64,000 bases of DNA from Patescibacteria group bacterium (GTDB lineage: Bacteria; Patescibacteriota; Microgenomatia; 0-14-0-10-38-17): assembly GCA_050953885.1 (NCBI GenBank), contig JBMNNJ010000002.1, forward strand, positions 124,140-188,139. Reading direction: 5' to 3'. The position numbers and the translations under genes were made by a program. Every line of letters begins with the position of its first letter. The first letter of the stretch is position 1. The notes beneath the pieces were generated by a model. That model was not told the DNA's origin. It saw only the letters and a list, made by a program, of their open reading frames with translations, and ran no database searches. Below, in pieces: positions 44,827 to 54,572 of this stretch.

Positions 44827-46381
44827 TTACTTTTCTACCTCCCAATCCTTCTCATCAAAAAAAGGATTAGGACGGGCGAGTTCTCTGATTTGCGCTAAAA
44901 CTTCAAGGATTTTTTGATTACGATTTTCGGGACTATCACCACTCGCATAATAAACCCCCACCAACCAACCTACCGTAATTCTATAGTGTTCGTATTGGTC
45001 TAAATTTTCAGGAAACTTATTAGGATCAAGCTCATTTGCTTTTTCAAGATTCTTTAAAATATCTTGAGCTATCTCTGAATTTTCTCCTCCATAGGGTTCA
45101 TAAATCTTAATAATATCGGCATAGAGTTGTTGCTCTTCCGAAGTTAATTCCGGCGTTGGCGTTGGTTCCGCCTCTGCCTCCTTCCATCCCCACTCTCCCT
45201 TCTCCTCGTCATAGGAAACTTGGGCAAAGTCAACCAGCTCGCCTTGGTCGTTTTGCTCTTGAAGAAGGAAGCTGATCTTGCCTTCTTCTTCCTGTTGGAC
45301 AAGATTCCAAATGGCGGGCATCTGGTCGGGATAGGGAACAACGGGGTTTTTAATCAGCTTGCCGTTTATCTGGTCCACAAAGGCAAGGCCAGTGGCTTGC
45401 CTTAGATCTTTGATTAAGTCTTCTCCTTCTATCCGGTTTAGGCCCACCTTGGTTTGCTCTTTGGTTTGGGGATCAACAAGGGTAATCTCGTTTGCTTGAG
45501 GGTCATACTGATAACCATTAGCTTCTAAGAGGTTTTTAAGAGTCAGGGCATTCTTGTTATCAGAGTCGGCCGGAAGGTGGGTGGGGAGAACGGCTAAGTA
45601 GTGGCGGGGGACGCCTTCCTCGGAGGAACGAAGATAGTCAGTAAAGGAAACTAAGGCGAAGTTAAGCTCGCCTGCGGCAACTTCCTTGTCAACAGTAATC
45701 TCCTCGGCCGACTTGGGTTGGTTAAGCAAGCCGACTACCGTCATCTGGGTTTGGGGGCGAAGGAGAAGGCCTTGGGGGGAGACCCGCTCCGGATATTCTT
45801 GCTCCTTTTGCTCTCCTTCTGAAGGAATCTTTTCTAAAGTTAACCTTGGCAGTGATAAGTCTTTTAACTGGGGAAAGATTATCTCTTCTCCTTGCTTTCC
45901 AGGGGTAAAAACGCCTTCTTTACCCTGATAAGTACCTAAGGAAATTAAATATTTTAGTGAAGAAATAGGATCTTCGGATAATTTAGCAAAATCAACTTCT
46001 TCTCCCCACGATGAGGAAACATAATCCTGGCCAAATTGGACCAGCGACACTTCCTCCTGACCGTTGGTAACAATCTCCTCGCCGCCAATACCGGCAAAGG
46101 CGTTCCTTAAGTAGTCGGCAGTGATCGTCGTGCCGGCAATACTTATTATCTCCGGGGCAGGAGAGGGTTCGGGAGAAAGAATAAGGGTTGGCTCTTTTGT
46201 TTTGACAGGGGTTTGGGTAGGAGGGACCTGTCTCGGTTGGAGAAGGGGCTTTGGTTGGTTCTTCCCCAGAGGGTTTTTCTTTAACGCCGCAGGAGGAAAG
46301 CAGGGCCGAGGCGCCCAAAGCGGTGATGCCCTTTAAAAACTGCCTTCTGGTGATTCCCTTTGGTTCCTTTTCTTCAACCAT
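44827..46381 (-). CDS. Tat/lipobox-signal exported protein with Pro-rich linker and C-terminal domain X; apparent frameshift near 46215-46260 (possible pseudogene or sequencing indel)
   Basis: The N-terminal frame (46381→) reads MVEEKEPKGITRRQFLKGITALGASALLSSCG…, then degenerates into an Arg/Cys-rich frame. The frame of the 407-aa ORF is open upstream of its GTG start and reads a sensible Pro-rich linker (…PPTQTPVKTKEPTLILSPEPSPAPEIISIAGTT…). Confidence 0.5.
44833..45137. repeat. Second copy of the 305-bp identical segment (see 43473-43777)
   Basis: Identical sequence. Confidence 0.8.
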
Positions 46382-46424
46382 AAGCTTTTATTTAAGCCTC
46401 AAGGCAAGAATAGCATAGAGAAAG

Positions 46425-47084
46425 CTATAAGTCAAGAGAGCGGTTAAACATTTCTCTTGACAATTTAATTATTTGATTGTCTTTGTTGTGCAACCAGAAA
46501 GAAAGATTTGTTCCTGAACGAAAACCTAATCCTCCTTCACCCGCTTTAGCCAATATCGCACCTTCGGCAACGCTCTGCCCTTCTTGAACTAAAATCTCAC
46601 CAACAATCACATAACTAACCCAAAACTTCCCGTCTTCGCTTTCAAGATGAATCTCGTTAAAAGGCAAATCATCAGGGAATGGTTTCTGATCAAGTAAAAC
46701 TTGGGTAATCTGGCCGTTAAAAACTGCCCTTATTGGTTCATCTTTAGGCAGAAAAAAAGATAAAACTTGAGAAGACTCTTTATCAATAATTGCTTTTTCT
46801 AAATATTCTTTTCTAACTGGCGAGGCTAAAGTTAGCCCTTCTGGCAATTCCACCATATCCGGCTCCACGGCTACTATCGGCGGAGGAGGTATCTTTGTAG
46901 GAGCGGGAGTAATTAACACCGAAGTCTCCAACGCCTTCTCTCCTTTTCTAAGCTTAAAGTAATAAACCCCCTCGATAAGCAAAACTAAAATCACTACACC
47001 TAAAACAATAAAAAGCCATTTGGAGTTTTTTAGTTGCTTAGACGATAAAACTGATGTTTGGCCCAAGGCTGGTAGATTTTCCAT
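46425..47084 (-). CDS. Single-pass membrane protein with C-terminal degenerate LytM (M23-like) domain
   Basis: TM LFIVLGVVILVLLIEGVYYF. The C-terminus YVIVGEILVQEGQSVAEGAILAKAGEGG…NLSFWLH follows the M23 beta-core pattern but lacks the full HxxxD/HxH set. Confidence 0.5.
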   Translation of the reverse strand: MENLPALGQTSVLSSKQLKNSKWLFIVLGVVILVLLIEGVYYFKLRKGEKALETSVLITPAPTKIPPPPIVAVEPDMVELPEGLTLASPVRKEYLEKAIIDKESSQVLSFFLPKDEPIRAVFNGQITQVLLDQKPFPDDLPFNEIHLESEDGKFWVSYVIVGEILVQEGQSVAEGAILAKAGEGGLGFRSGTNLSFWLHNKDNQIIKLSREMFNRSLDL

Positions 47085-47244
47085 CTATCATAAGAATAGA
47101 TGATCAAAAAGAAGTTGTCAAGAGACCACAATATTTACCTTTAATACCCGACAGTGGGATAAAATATGAGCAAGCCCTAAAAGAGACTTTGTTGTTTTCT
47201 AAACTTAAGGCGATAATAGCACAGAGAAAACTATAAACCAAGAC

Positions 47245-49029
47245 TTATCCTACCTTAACTGCCAAAAACCAGCCAATTCCTCTCATCCATTGCGCTAAAG
47301 TATCAAAAGTATAGACCTTCTTTGAGCCGCTACCATAAGGAAGAGGATCGCTAATTTCAATCAAGAAATTACCATCATCAACAGACATTACCCGCCCGGC
47401 AACGCAATGCTCTCCATAAGCCATTGGATATTGCTCGCCGGTGCGCGGATTAGCCCGCCATTCAACCGATTTTTCGTTCCATCTTCCCCAAAGACAAAGC
47501 ACTTGGTTATTATGATAAGAATCAATTAAAACCTGTTTCAGCTGCTCTCTGCCGTTATCAAGATCTTTAATGGTAATGGCTTCGGCCGGAATGCCCAGCT
47601 GACGATAGCCGTTTAAAAGCGGCTCGTTGTAAACCCCGTAGCCGGCTCCCGAAGAAGCGTCGCAACTGGTGGAAAGCCAACCATTAACCGCCCCGCAATA
47701 ACCCTCAACAGGATTATCCGCCAATCCGGCTTCGGCAATAAAAAAATCTTCAAAGGTTTTAAATCCTTCGGGAACGGCAATTTCCCCGCCGGCAATGGCT
47801 TGGTTATACCATAAAACGGTAATCTCCGCTGCCGCCAGCTCGCAAGATAAAGTATAGGCCTGGGGATCAATTGGCAACGGCGTTTCCGGCGCTTTTTCCC
47901 GAGGGGCAATTGTCGGCAAGGGAGTTTCTATCGGCGCTGGGGAAGATTCAAACAATTTTTCATATCCTTCTTCTCCCTGATAGGCTCCCTCGCCTTGCCA
48001 CGCCCCCTTTTCCAAATCCCAAAAACCAACATAGGGATAATTATTTTCTTGACTATTTTCCCACATATGCCATTTGGCGGTCGCCAAATCAAAAACAGTC
48101 ACGAACCGACTTTGATCAAATTTTCCCTTGCCAGAAGGCAGGGGAGGAAGTTTTTCCTCCTCTTTAAAAGATAAAAAGAAGGTTTCAGGCAACGATCGTT
48201 CCTCATTTAAAGGGGCAGCCGTAAAAAGATAACCAACCATGGACTTCCCCTCGGCAATTTCTGAAAATTCTCCATTTTCACCTACCGTCACCGGAACCAA
48301 TCTACTTAGATCAGCCCCAAAAGTCGTTTTTTCTTCCCGATAAGCTAAACCATCAGGGCAGGAAATAAGAAGAGAGCTTTCAACCTTTTGCTGGCAGCCG
48401 CTTCCCCAAATTTTTGGTTCAGGAGTAAAAAGATCAGGAATCGCTTCTATTTTAATCTCCGGGCTACCTTTCTCCTCGCTTGCATAATAAATCTTTTCTT
48501 CATCCCCCTTGATTAAGACAAAAGCTCTTAAATTATCCTCTGCTTGACCTTCTACACTTTGCAAATCGGACTGCCCTTGCTCATTCTCCTTAATTTGAGG
48601 AAAGGTGCCAACAAAAAGCTCCGCTTGCGCCAACGTCTCTCCTTTTTGCTCCCATTGTTTAGTTAATCGTTCAAGAAAATTTCCCCAACGGTCTTTTTCA
48701 GGAAGGTTTTCTTTTGCGCCGCCGGTTGATTCCCCTCTCCCCAAAACCCAAATTTTCCTCCATTTTTCTTCTAAAACCTCAGGAGAAACAGCTTTAGGGG
48801 CTTCGACAGGAAAAGGATCAAGAGCGGAAGTAAGATAGGATTCCACCCGCACCGGCTTAACTAATTTATAGGGGGAAGGGCTCACCGTTGGCCCCTTATT
48901 TTCGCCACCCTCCTGCTTAGGGTCAGAATTAGAAATAGGTTCTATCCTGCAAGAGTTAAGAAGAAAACCTGCTGTTGCTAAACCAACCTTTTTAAGAAAA
49001 TCGCGACGACCAATTTCTTTACTAGACAT
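47245..49029 (-). CDS. Tat-signal lipoprotein with C-terminal papain-like (peptidase C39-like) domain
   Basis: RRDFLKKVGLATAGFLLNSC (Tat + lipobox). C-terminal LSCELAAAE (Cys region resembling C39 xxCGxAxLAM) and GEHCVAG (His region). Confidence 0.45.
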   Translation of the reverse strand: MSSKEIGRRDFLKKVGLATAGFLLNSCRIEPISNSDPKQEGGENKGPTVSPSPYKLVKPVRVESYLTSALDPFPVEAPKAVSPEVLEEKWRKIWVLGRGESTGGAKENLPEKDRWGNFLERLTKQWEQKGETLAQAELFVGTFPQIKENEQGQSDLQSVEGQAEDNLRAFVLIKGDEEKIYYASEEKGSPEIKIEAIPDLFTPEPKIWGSGCQQKVESSLLISCPDGLAYREEKTTFGADLSRLVPVTVGENGEFSEIAEGKSMVGYLFTAAPLNEERSLPETFFLSFKEEEKLPPLPSGKGKFDQSRFVTVFDLATAKWHMWENSQENNYPYVGFWDLEKGAWQGEGAYQGEEGYEKLFESSPAPIETPLPTIAPREKAPETPLPIDPQAYTLSCELAAAEITVLWYNQAIAGGEIAVPEGFKTFEDFFIAEAGLADNPVEGYCGAVNGWLSTSCDASSGAGYGVYNEPLLNGYRQLGIPAEAITIKDLDNGREQLKQVLIDSYHNNQVLCLWGRWNEKSVEWRANPRTGEQYPMAYGEHCVAGRVMSVDDGNFLIEISDPLPYGSGSKKVYTFDTLAQWMRGIGWFLAVKVG

Positions 49030-49046
49030 CTTAAGAATCCTATTTT

Positions 49047-50393
49047 TTACCTTAAAACCTCAGAAACTGTCGTGGGCTGTAAGCCCTTTTCTATAATTCC
49101 CCTTATAGTAGCATTAAGATAAAGAGTGTCCCAAGCATTAAAATGCAATAAAATGATTGTTCCCCGCCCGGCGCTATTGACAACATGAGCCGTTACCTCT
49201 TGAGCAATTGGCGCCACCGGATCGGCATTTAAATTATAATTTTTTAACACCGCCGCGTAAGTTTCGGCCGACCAGGCAATGGGCCGATAACCGGCTTCGG
49301 CAACCGCTTCCAACACTCCCTCACTATTGTGACCGGCGCCGCCGGGAAAACGAACATAAGGAAATTCCTGCTTCATCTGCCGCACATATTCTTCTCCCAA
49401 AACTTCCCCCGCCGCCGCTTCCCAACGAGCCAATTCTTCTTTTATTTCCTCCCCCGAAAGAGAAGAAAGATAAGTATGGGTGTAGGTGTGATTACAAATC
49501 TGGTGACCATCAGCCGCCGCCTGTCGCCAAAGATCGGGGTAAGCTTTAAGCTGGGAGCCAATAACAAAAAATGTTCCCTGAATATTATTAGCCCTTAAAA
49601 CTTCTAAAGTTGTTTGGATCGCTTGAGCAGAAAAGCCGTCATCAAAAGTCAAGGCTACTTCTGGCTGATTACGGTCGCCCCAAAAAACAGCCCGACAAAC
49701 CTCTACTTCTTTCTCTGCCGATTTTTCCTGAATAATAGCAGCTGAAGTAGGCTCTGCTGTTGGCGTTGGCCGAGGTGTGGCCGTGGGGGAAGGCGAAATT
49801 GCTTCGGCGGTTAAGGTTAAAAGCGGCGCCTCTTCTACTTTCTCATTTGTGGCCACATAGGAAGATTTACCGCTAACCCATCCTTCTTTCTCTTGGTCCC
49901 CCTCCTGCCAGTGTACCTTAAGCCAACCATTTTCTGCCCGTCCCACCACTGCCACCGACGCTCCCCGGAATAAACCATCAATAGCAGGATAAGCTGTTCC
50001 CGGCCCGCTTCTCACATTTAAAGCGTTAACAACTACCTCGGCGCCGGGGGTAGCCTCTGGAGAAGGAGACTCCACAGGGCTTAGGGTAATGGTTGGCGTT
50101 GTTTCAAGAGCAAGGGATAATTCGTGAATCGGCTGACGGTTAGCGGCTAGTGCTGATTCAGAAGTTGGTGTAGGAATATTAACCTTTTCTTCGTTGCTGG
50201 CTTGAGGAAAATAAAGGGTATGAATGGGGGTTTTCTGGGCATCTACAAAAGAAGGGTCTTCTTCAATTTGGCGAGGCAGGTTTTCTATAGGGCCTTTCAT
50301 CGCCCCCGCCACTATTATCGCCAAAAAGGTGTTTCTAAACCTATCTTTCGGGATAAACGTTTCTTTAGCCATCTTGAACCGAATATACCACAA
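49047..50393 (-). CDS. Polysaccharide deacetylase (NodB/CE4) with N-terminal bacterial SH3 domain
   Basis: SH3b: NVRSGPGTAYPAIDGLFRGASVAVVGRAENGWLKV. NodB: ALTFDDGF…GTFFVIG…HTYTHTYL. Confidence 0.75.
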   Translation of the reverse strand: MWYIRFKMAKETFIPKDRFRNTFLAIIVAGAMKGPIENLPRQIEEDPSFVDAQKTPIHTLYFPQASNEEKVNIPTPTSESALAANRQPIHELSLALETTPTITLSPVESPSPEATPGAEVVVNALNVRSGPGTAYPAIDGLFRGASVAVVGRAENGWLKVHWQEGDQEKEGWVSGKSSYVATNEKVEEAPLLTLTAEAISPSPTATPRPTPTAEPTSAAIIQEKSAEKEVEVCRAVFWGDRNQPEVALTFDDGFSAQAIQTTLEVLRANNIQGTFFVIGSQLKAYPDLWRQAAADGHQICNHTYTHTYLSSLSGEEIKEELARWEAAAGEVLGEEYVRQMKQEFPYVRFPGGAGHNSEGVLEAVAEAGYRPIAWSAETYAAVLKNYNLNADPVAPIAQEVTAHVVNSAGRGTIILLHFNAWDTLYLNATIRGIIEKGLQPTTVSEVLR

Positions 50394-50520
50394 TTAATAT
50401 TATAAGTCAATACTAAAATACGCAAATTAGCAGCTAAAAAACGAAGGAGGGTAATTTTGTCGGGGTGGGGTCTTTCCGCCCGATAAAAATTCCCCACCCG
50501 AAACCAAACGGGTCGGGAAA

Positions 50521-50556
50521 CCCGCCCCCATACGGGCGTATGCAATACGCCCCTAC
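50521..50556. repeat. GC-rich hairpin (inverted copy of 16085-16115), within a run of GC hairpins at 50455-50560
   Basis: CCCATACGGGCGTATGCAATACGCCCCTACAAGCC. Also CGGGGTGGGG…CCCCACCCG. Confidence 0.5.
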
Positions 50557-50593
50557 AAGCCCACTCATAAACTGATGTTATAATAAGGCCAAG

Positions 50594-51382
50594 ATGGGCG
50601 CGGAAATTTCGAGAACAACGGTTTTTTCTCCCGATTGGCTAAACCGCCTTAATTCCGCCCGGACAGAGGCTTTCGCTACCCAAAAATTTTTAGAGCAACG
50701 AGGCGGGCGGGGGGTAGTCTTGGGCAACGGCGGTAAAGCCGATTTGGAAAAAATTTTCCAAGCAAGCCTTTTGGGGTTGCGGCTTAAAAATAAGGTGGAA
50801 GTTGATAAAAATGCCCTTAGCCCCTATGAACGAAGTTTAATCAACCAAGACGCTCGCCTTTTAACGATTATCGATTGGGACGGAGTAATGGGCAGTCCCC
50901 TTCACGCGGTCTTAAAATTTGCCCAAAAGCCCGCCTCATGGAAAGGGGGATTTGGAGAAATTAAAAAATTAGGGCGAGTTAATCTTGAAGAATGGCGCTG
51001 GTTTAAAAAAATGGCCCGGGCAAGCGATTATTTGGTCGTTTGGTCAAGCCGCTTCTTGGTTGACGAAGAATCTCCCTTAAGTTTCCTTGCCAAACCCTTC
51101 GCCGCCCCCATCAGCTACTGGCCTTTCTTTGACAAAAGTTCTCTTCGCCGTCTTGCCTTAATTGAGCCGGATAAAATCGAGGTTTGGCCGCAAAAGCCGC
51201 TTTTGGACCGCAAAACCTCTTTGGAAAAAATTATCGGCGGCACCACCATTAAATCTTGGGAGATGATTTACTATGTCGGCAGCAGCCATTTTGACCGCCA
51301 AACGGTCCGCCGCTTTGTTAAGAAAAATCCCCATCTTGCTCCCCGTTTTGTCTTTTTTGACACCAGCCACCTGATTTTTTAA
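50594..51382 (+). CDS. Hypothetical protein, possible HAD-like fold
   Basis: 262 aa. IIDWDGVM resembles HAD motif I. Weak. Confidence 0.35.
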   Translation: MGAEISRTTVFSPDWLNRLNSARTEAFATQKFLEQRGGRGVVLGNGGKADLEKIFQASLLGLRLKNKVEVDKNALSPYERSLINQDARLLTIIDWDGVMGSPLHAVLKFAQKPASWKGGFGEIKKLGRVNLEEWRWFKKMARASDYLVVWSSRFLVDEESPLSFLAKPFAAPISYWPFFDKSSLRRLALIEPDKIEVWPQKPLLDRKTSLEKIIGGTTIKSWEMIYYVGSSHFDRQTVRRFVKKNPHLAPRFVFFDTSHLIF

Positions 51383-51383
51383 A

Positions 51384-52229
51384 CTATTTCCCCAACCGCC
51401 GCCGGTAGCCCAAAAATTTTCTAATTTCCAAAAGCAAGTTTTGGGGGGAAAGATCCGGAAAGTAAACCGGAGAGAAAGCCCAACAGGCGTAAGATGTCTG
51501 AAGAGGTAAAAAACCGCTGGTATGAGGCAATTCGCCGCGGTCAACCCCGGTTCTTACCACCAAATCAGGCAAGGCCTGACCGGCGGTATCCAGATAGTTA
51601 AAAATTAGCTGAGGATTTTTGAGGATTTTCTCAAAAAGTAATTTTTCCTTTCTCGTTGCCTCGCCAATTTTAACAATTGCCCGCGCCACTTCGTTCAAGC
51701 CGCCGTAGTCCATCGCTAAATTAAGCCGATAATCGGTAAAGCTTTTTGTTTCTTCCTCCAGACCCGCCAAAGCTTCTCTTACTTTTGGCGGCAGGCGATC
51801 ACGCCGGCCAATTTGGGTAAATTTCACCTTATTTTCTATTATCTCCCGTCGCAATTGGGAATCGGCCAAAAAACGCGCCGCCAAATTCATAATGTACTTT
51901 ACCTGCTTTTCCTCCCTCTCCCAATTCTCCGTTGACCAAACCCAAAAAGTAATAGTTCTCACTCCCCATTTTCGGCAAACCCGCGCCGCTCCCTGGATCA
52001 CTTCAATCCCCGCCCGGTGACCAAAATAAGGATCAAACCCTCGCGCTTTGGCGGCCCGGCGATTGCCGTCGCAAATAATCGCCAAATGCCCAAGCTTACC
52101 CTGAGCAATTTTAAAATCAGGTGATTTTTCCCACCTTGCTTTAATCTCTTCAAGCCACTGGTTAAGTTTTTGTCCGTTTTGCACTCTTAAGATAGAAATG
52201 ATTATAACCCACTTGCTTTTTTTCGGCAA
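51384..52229 (-). CDS. uppS: Undecaprenyl-diphosphate synthase (cis-prenyltransferase)
   Basis: GHLAIICDGNRRAAK (DGNxRxA motif) with a conserved C-terminal region. Confidence 0.8.
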   Translation of the reverse strand: MPKKSKWVIIISILRVQNGQKLNQWLEEIKARWEKSPDFKIAQGKLGHLAIICDGNRRAAKARGFDPYFGHRAGIEVIQGAARVCRKWGVRTITFWVWSTENWEREEKQVKYIMNLAARFLADSQLRREIIENKVKFTQIGRRDRLPPKVREALAGLEEETKSFTDYRLNLAMDYGGLNEVARAIVKIGEATRKEKLLFEKILKNPQLIFNYLDTAGQALPDLVVRTGVDRGELPHTSGFLPLQTSYACWAFSPVYFPDLSPQNLLLEIRKFLGYRRRLGK

Positions 52230-52283
52230 TTCTCCTTACTAATTTTTCACTTTTGAATTTTGACTTTTAACTTTTGACCTTTT

Positions 52284-53348
52284 TTAATATCTTCTCTCCA
52301 CCATAAAGTCAATCCCCGCCCTGATTTGGGAACGAGCGGGCTCTTTTTTTAAAAAGCCCAAGTTTTCTTCAAAAAATTCTCCGGCTTTTTGGGCTAATTT
52401 TTGAGCCAACTTTTCTCCATAAAAAAGACTGCCGTATTTTTCCATCGCCTTAATCACCCAAAGCGCTTCTTCCTCGCTTTTTTCCTCCCTTTTCTTTACT
52501 AAAATCTTAAGCAGTTTTTGCCGATCTTCGCCTTTAGCGCTTCGTAGAAGGTGAGCCAGCATGATTGTTCGTTTGCCCTCGTAAATATCATTGCCGGTTT
52601 GCTTTTTTAAGCCGGCAAAATCGGAGGTTAAATCAAGCAGATCGTCACGGATTTGAAAAGCGCGGCCTAAAATCTGGCCAAACCGATAAAGAGAAACCAG
52701 CTGTTTTTGACTCCCGTTGGCCAAAATGGCTCCCAAACGCATCGGCCCGGCAATGGTGTAGTAAGAAGTTTTGCCGTCTAAAATGAAAAAGATATCCTCA
52801 TCGGTTAAATCAAGACGATTTTCCCGAGCCCATTTTATCTCCGCCGTTTGCCCCAAAGCGGTTCGGCTAAGCATTTGGTAAAATTCCTCCTCTATTGCTA
52901 AGGCTTTCTTTTGGCCTAAAAGGGAAAAATTATCTGCCAAAATCTTCCACATTAAAATATGCAAAGCATCCCCGGCATTAATCGCCAGCTCTATCCCGTA
53001 AAGGCGATGAAGCGCCGGCTGACCGCGACGCTGGCGGGAATTATCCTCCACATCGTCATGGCCTAAAAGCCAGTCCTCGGAAACCTGCATTGCCGCCGCC
53101 GTTTTAAGCGCCTTCTCTTGGGAAAAACCCATCGCCTCGGCGGTCAGCAAAACCAGTGTTGGCCGCAGATATTTCCCCTGCCGGCGGGGATATTCGGCGG
53201 TTATTTTTTGGTGAAAAGAAGCAAGAGGGGAATATTTTTTGGAAATTTGGCAATAAGAGGGGAGGCGGACCAGGCCGGTAAGATATTTTTCAATTTCTGG
53301 CCAAACCAAGGCTTTTTTCTCGGCTAAAACTTCCGGAAAAGAGAGCAT
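52284..53348 (-). CDS. trans-Polyprenyl diphosphate synthase (IspA/GGPPS family)
   Basis: FARM LGHDDVEDNSRQRRG and SARM FQIRDDLLD. Confidence 0.8.
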   Translation of the reverse strand: MLSFPEVLAEKKALVWPEIEKYLTGLVRLPSYCQISKKYSPLASFHQKITAEYPRRQGKYLRPTLVLLTAEAMGFSQEKALKTAAAMQVSEDWLLGHDDVEDNSRQRRGQPALHRLYGIELAINAGDALHILMWKILADNFSLLGQKKALAIEEEFYQMLSRTALGQTAEIKWARENRLDLTDEDIFFILDGKTSYYTIAGPMRLGAILANGSQKQLVSLYRFGQILGRAFQIRDDLLDLTSDFAGLKKQTGNDIYEGKRTIMLAHLLRSAKGEDRQKLLKILVKKREEKSEEEALWVIKAMEKYGSLFYGEKLAQKLAQKAGEFFEENLGFLKKEPARSQIRAGIDFMVERRY

Positions 53349-53395
53349 CGTTGAAAATTAAAATTGTATTTTATATCTGTATTAAGCTGGGGTAC

Positions 53396-53442
53396 GCGAA
53401 TTAACACGAATGAGAAACGAATGAACGCGAATGAACGAATGC
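53396..53442 (-). repeat. ATTCG-rich repeat element (copy e, inverted), ~50 bp upstream of the polyprenyl synthase gene. Followed at 53443-53476 by nested palindrome GTCATCCTGATGAATCCGCCAGCTGGCGGACAGGATCTG
   Basis: CGCGAATTAACACGAATGAGAAACGAATGAACGCGAATGAACGAATG. Confidence 0.7.
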
Positions 53443-53534
53443 GTCATCCTGATGAATCCGCCAGCTGGCGGACAGGATCTGCCTTACCCATTACCCCATT
53501 ACGAGTTTTTGATTTTTGCGTTAATTCTCATTTG

Positions 53535-54560
53535 CTATTCCTTTTCCTCTGCCTCGCTTTCTTCCCCCAACGCCCGCGTTTGGTTTAACCGCTGACCTAG
53601 AGCGGAAAAATCGTTGTTCACGCTTCCCATTTGGTTATAAGCATTGGTTAAATGGCGATTCAAAACTCCTAAGCGTTCATTTACTTTCTCATAATCTCTC
53701 TCGATGGCTCGAAGAGAGGCAAGAATTTGCCGCGCCTTGGCCTCAATTTTTTGGCCCTCAAAACTGGCTAAAATTGCCTTAAGATAGGCGTAAAAAGTGC
53801 TGGCCGAAACCGGTAAAACCCGGTTTTTCCCCGCGTAGTCAAAAAGTTCCGGGTCATTGGCCACCTCGTAATAAACGGCTTCCGAAGGAAGATACATCAG
53901 GGCGTAATCAATCGTCCCCTCGGCGGGAAGAATATATTTTGAAGAAATCGCCCGAATATGTTTTTTAACATCATTGGCAAAATCGCGCCGCGCCGCTTCC
54001 TTTTCTTTTTCCCCCTCCGCGCTCATCAGGCGCCGGAAGCTTTCCATGGGAAATTTAGAATCCACCGGAATAATTCCGGCTTGCGTTTGCACCGCCGCGT
54101 CCACCGTTTCTCCTGATTTGAAAGTGTATTGGAGGAAAAAGGCTTTTTTGGGAAGCATTTGCCCCAAAATTTCTTTTAAAACCATCTCGCCAATGTTGCC
54201 GCGCAGTTTGGGAGAACGCAAAAACTCCTGCAGATCTTTCATCCCCCGGCCAATTTCCGCCATCTGCCCCACCTCTTTTTTCACCCCGGCAATAAACTCC
54301 GCCGCTTTATCCAAACGCTCGTTCATTCCCTGACTGGTTTTTTGCAAATTTTCCACCATCGCCTGATTGCTTTCCCGCATTGCCTGGTTAAGATTGCGAT
54401 TAGTTTCCTCAACGGTGGCTTGCATAGTTTTCAACCATGCCGTCAAGGTTTCGTCAGGTTTGCTTTTCTCCTCCAGCTGGTTTATTTTCCGGACTAAAAA
54501 AAAGGCCAAAAGAATAAAAGCAAGAAGAACAATGAAAAGAATAATCGTGGTAGAGGTCAT
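53535..54560 (-). CDS. rmuC: DNA recombination protein RmuC
   Basis: N-terminal TM, a coiled coil, and the conserved C-terminal GEMVLKEILGQ…DSKFPMESF…ALMYLPSEAVYYE. Confidence 0.75.
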   Translation of the reverse strand: MTSTTIILFIVLLAFILLAFFLVRKINQLEEKSKPDETLTAWLKTMQATVEETNRNLNQAMRESNQAMVENLQKTSQGMNERLDKAAEFIAGVKKEVGQMAEIGRGMKDLQEFLRSPKLRGNIGEMVLKEILGQMLPKKAFFLQYTFKSGETVDAAVQTQAGIIPVDSKFPMESFRRLMSAEGEKEKEAARRDFANDVKKHIRAISSKYILPAEGTIDYALMYLPSEAVYYEVANDPELFDYAGKNRVLPVSASTFYAYLKAILASFEGQKIEAKARQILASLRAIERDYEKVNERLGVLNRHLTNAYNQMGSVNNDFSALGQRLNQTRALGEESEAEEKE

Positions 54561-54572
54561 TTTGGTAATTTA

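Noticed and set aside
45992-46381. 129-aa ORF as an independent small Tat-secreted protein
   Set aside because: Its C-terminal two-thirds is an implausible Arg/Cys-rich sequence, and the adjacent frame encodes a sensible continuation. I interpret it as the N-terminal part of a frameshifted larger gene.
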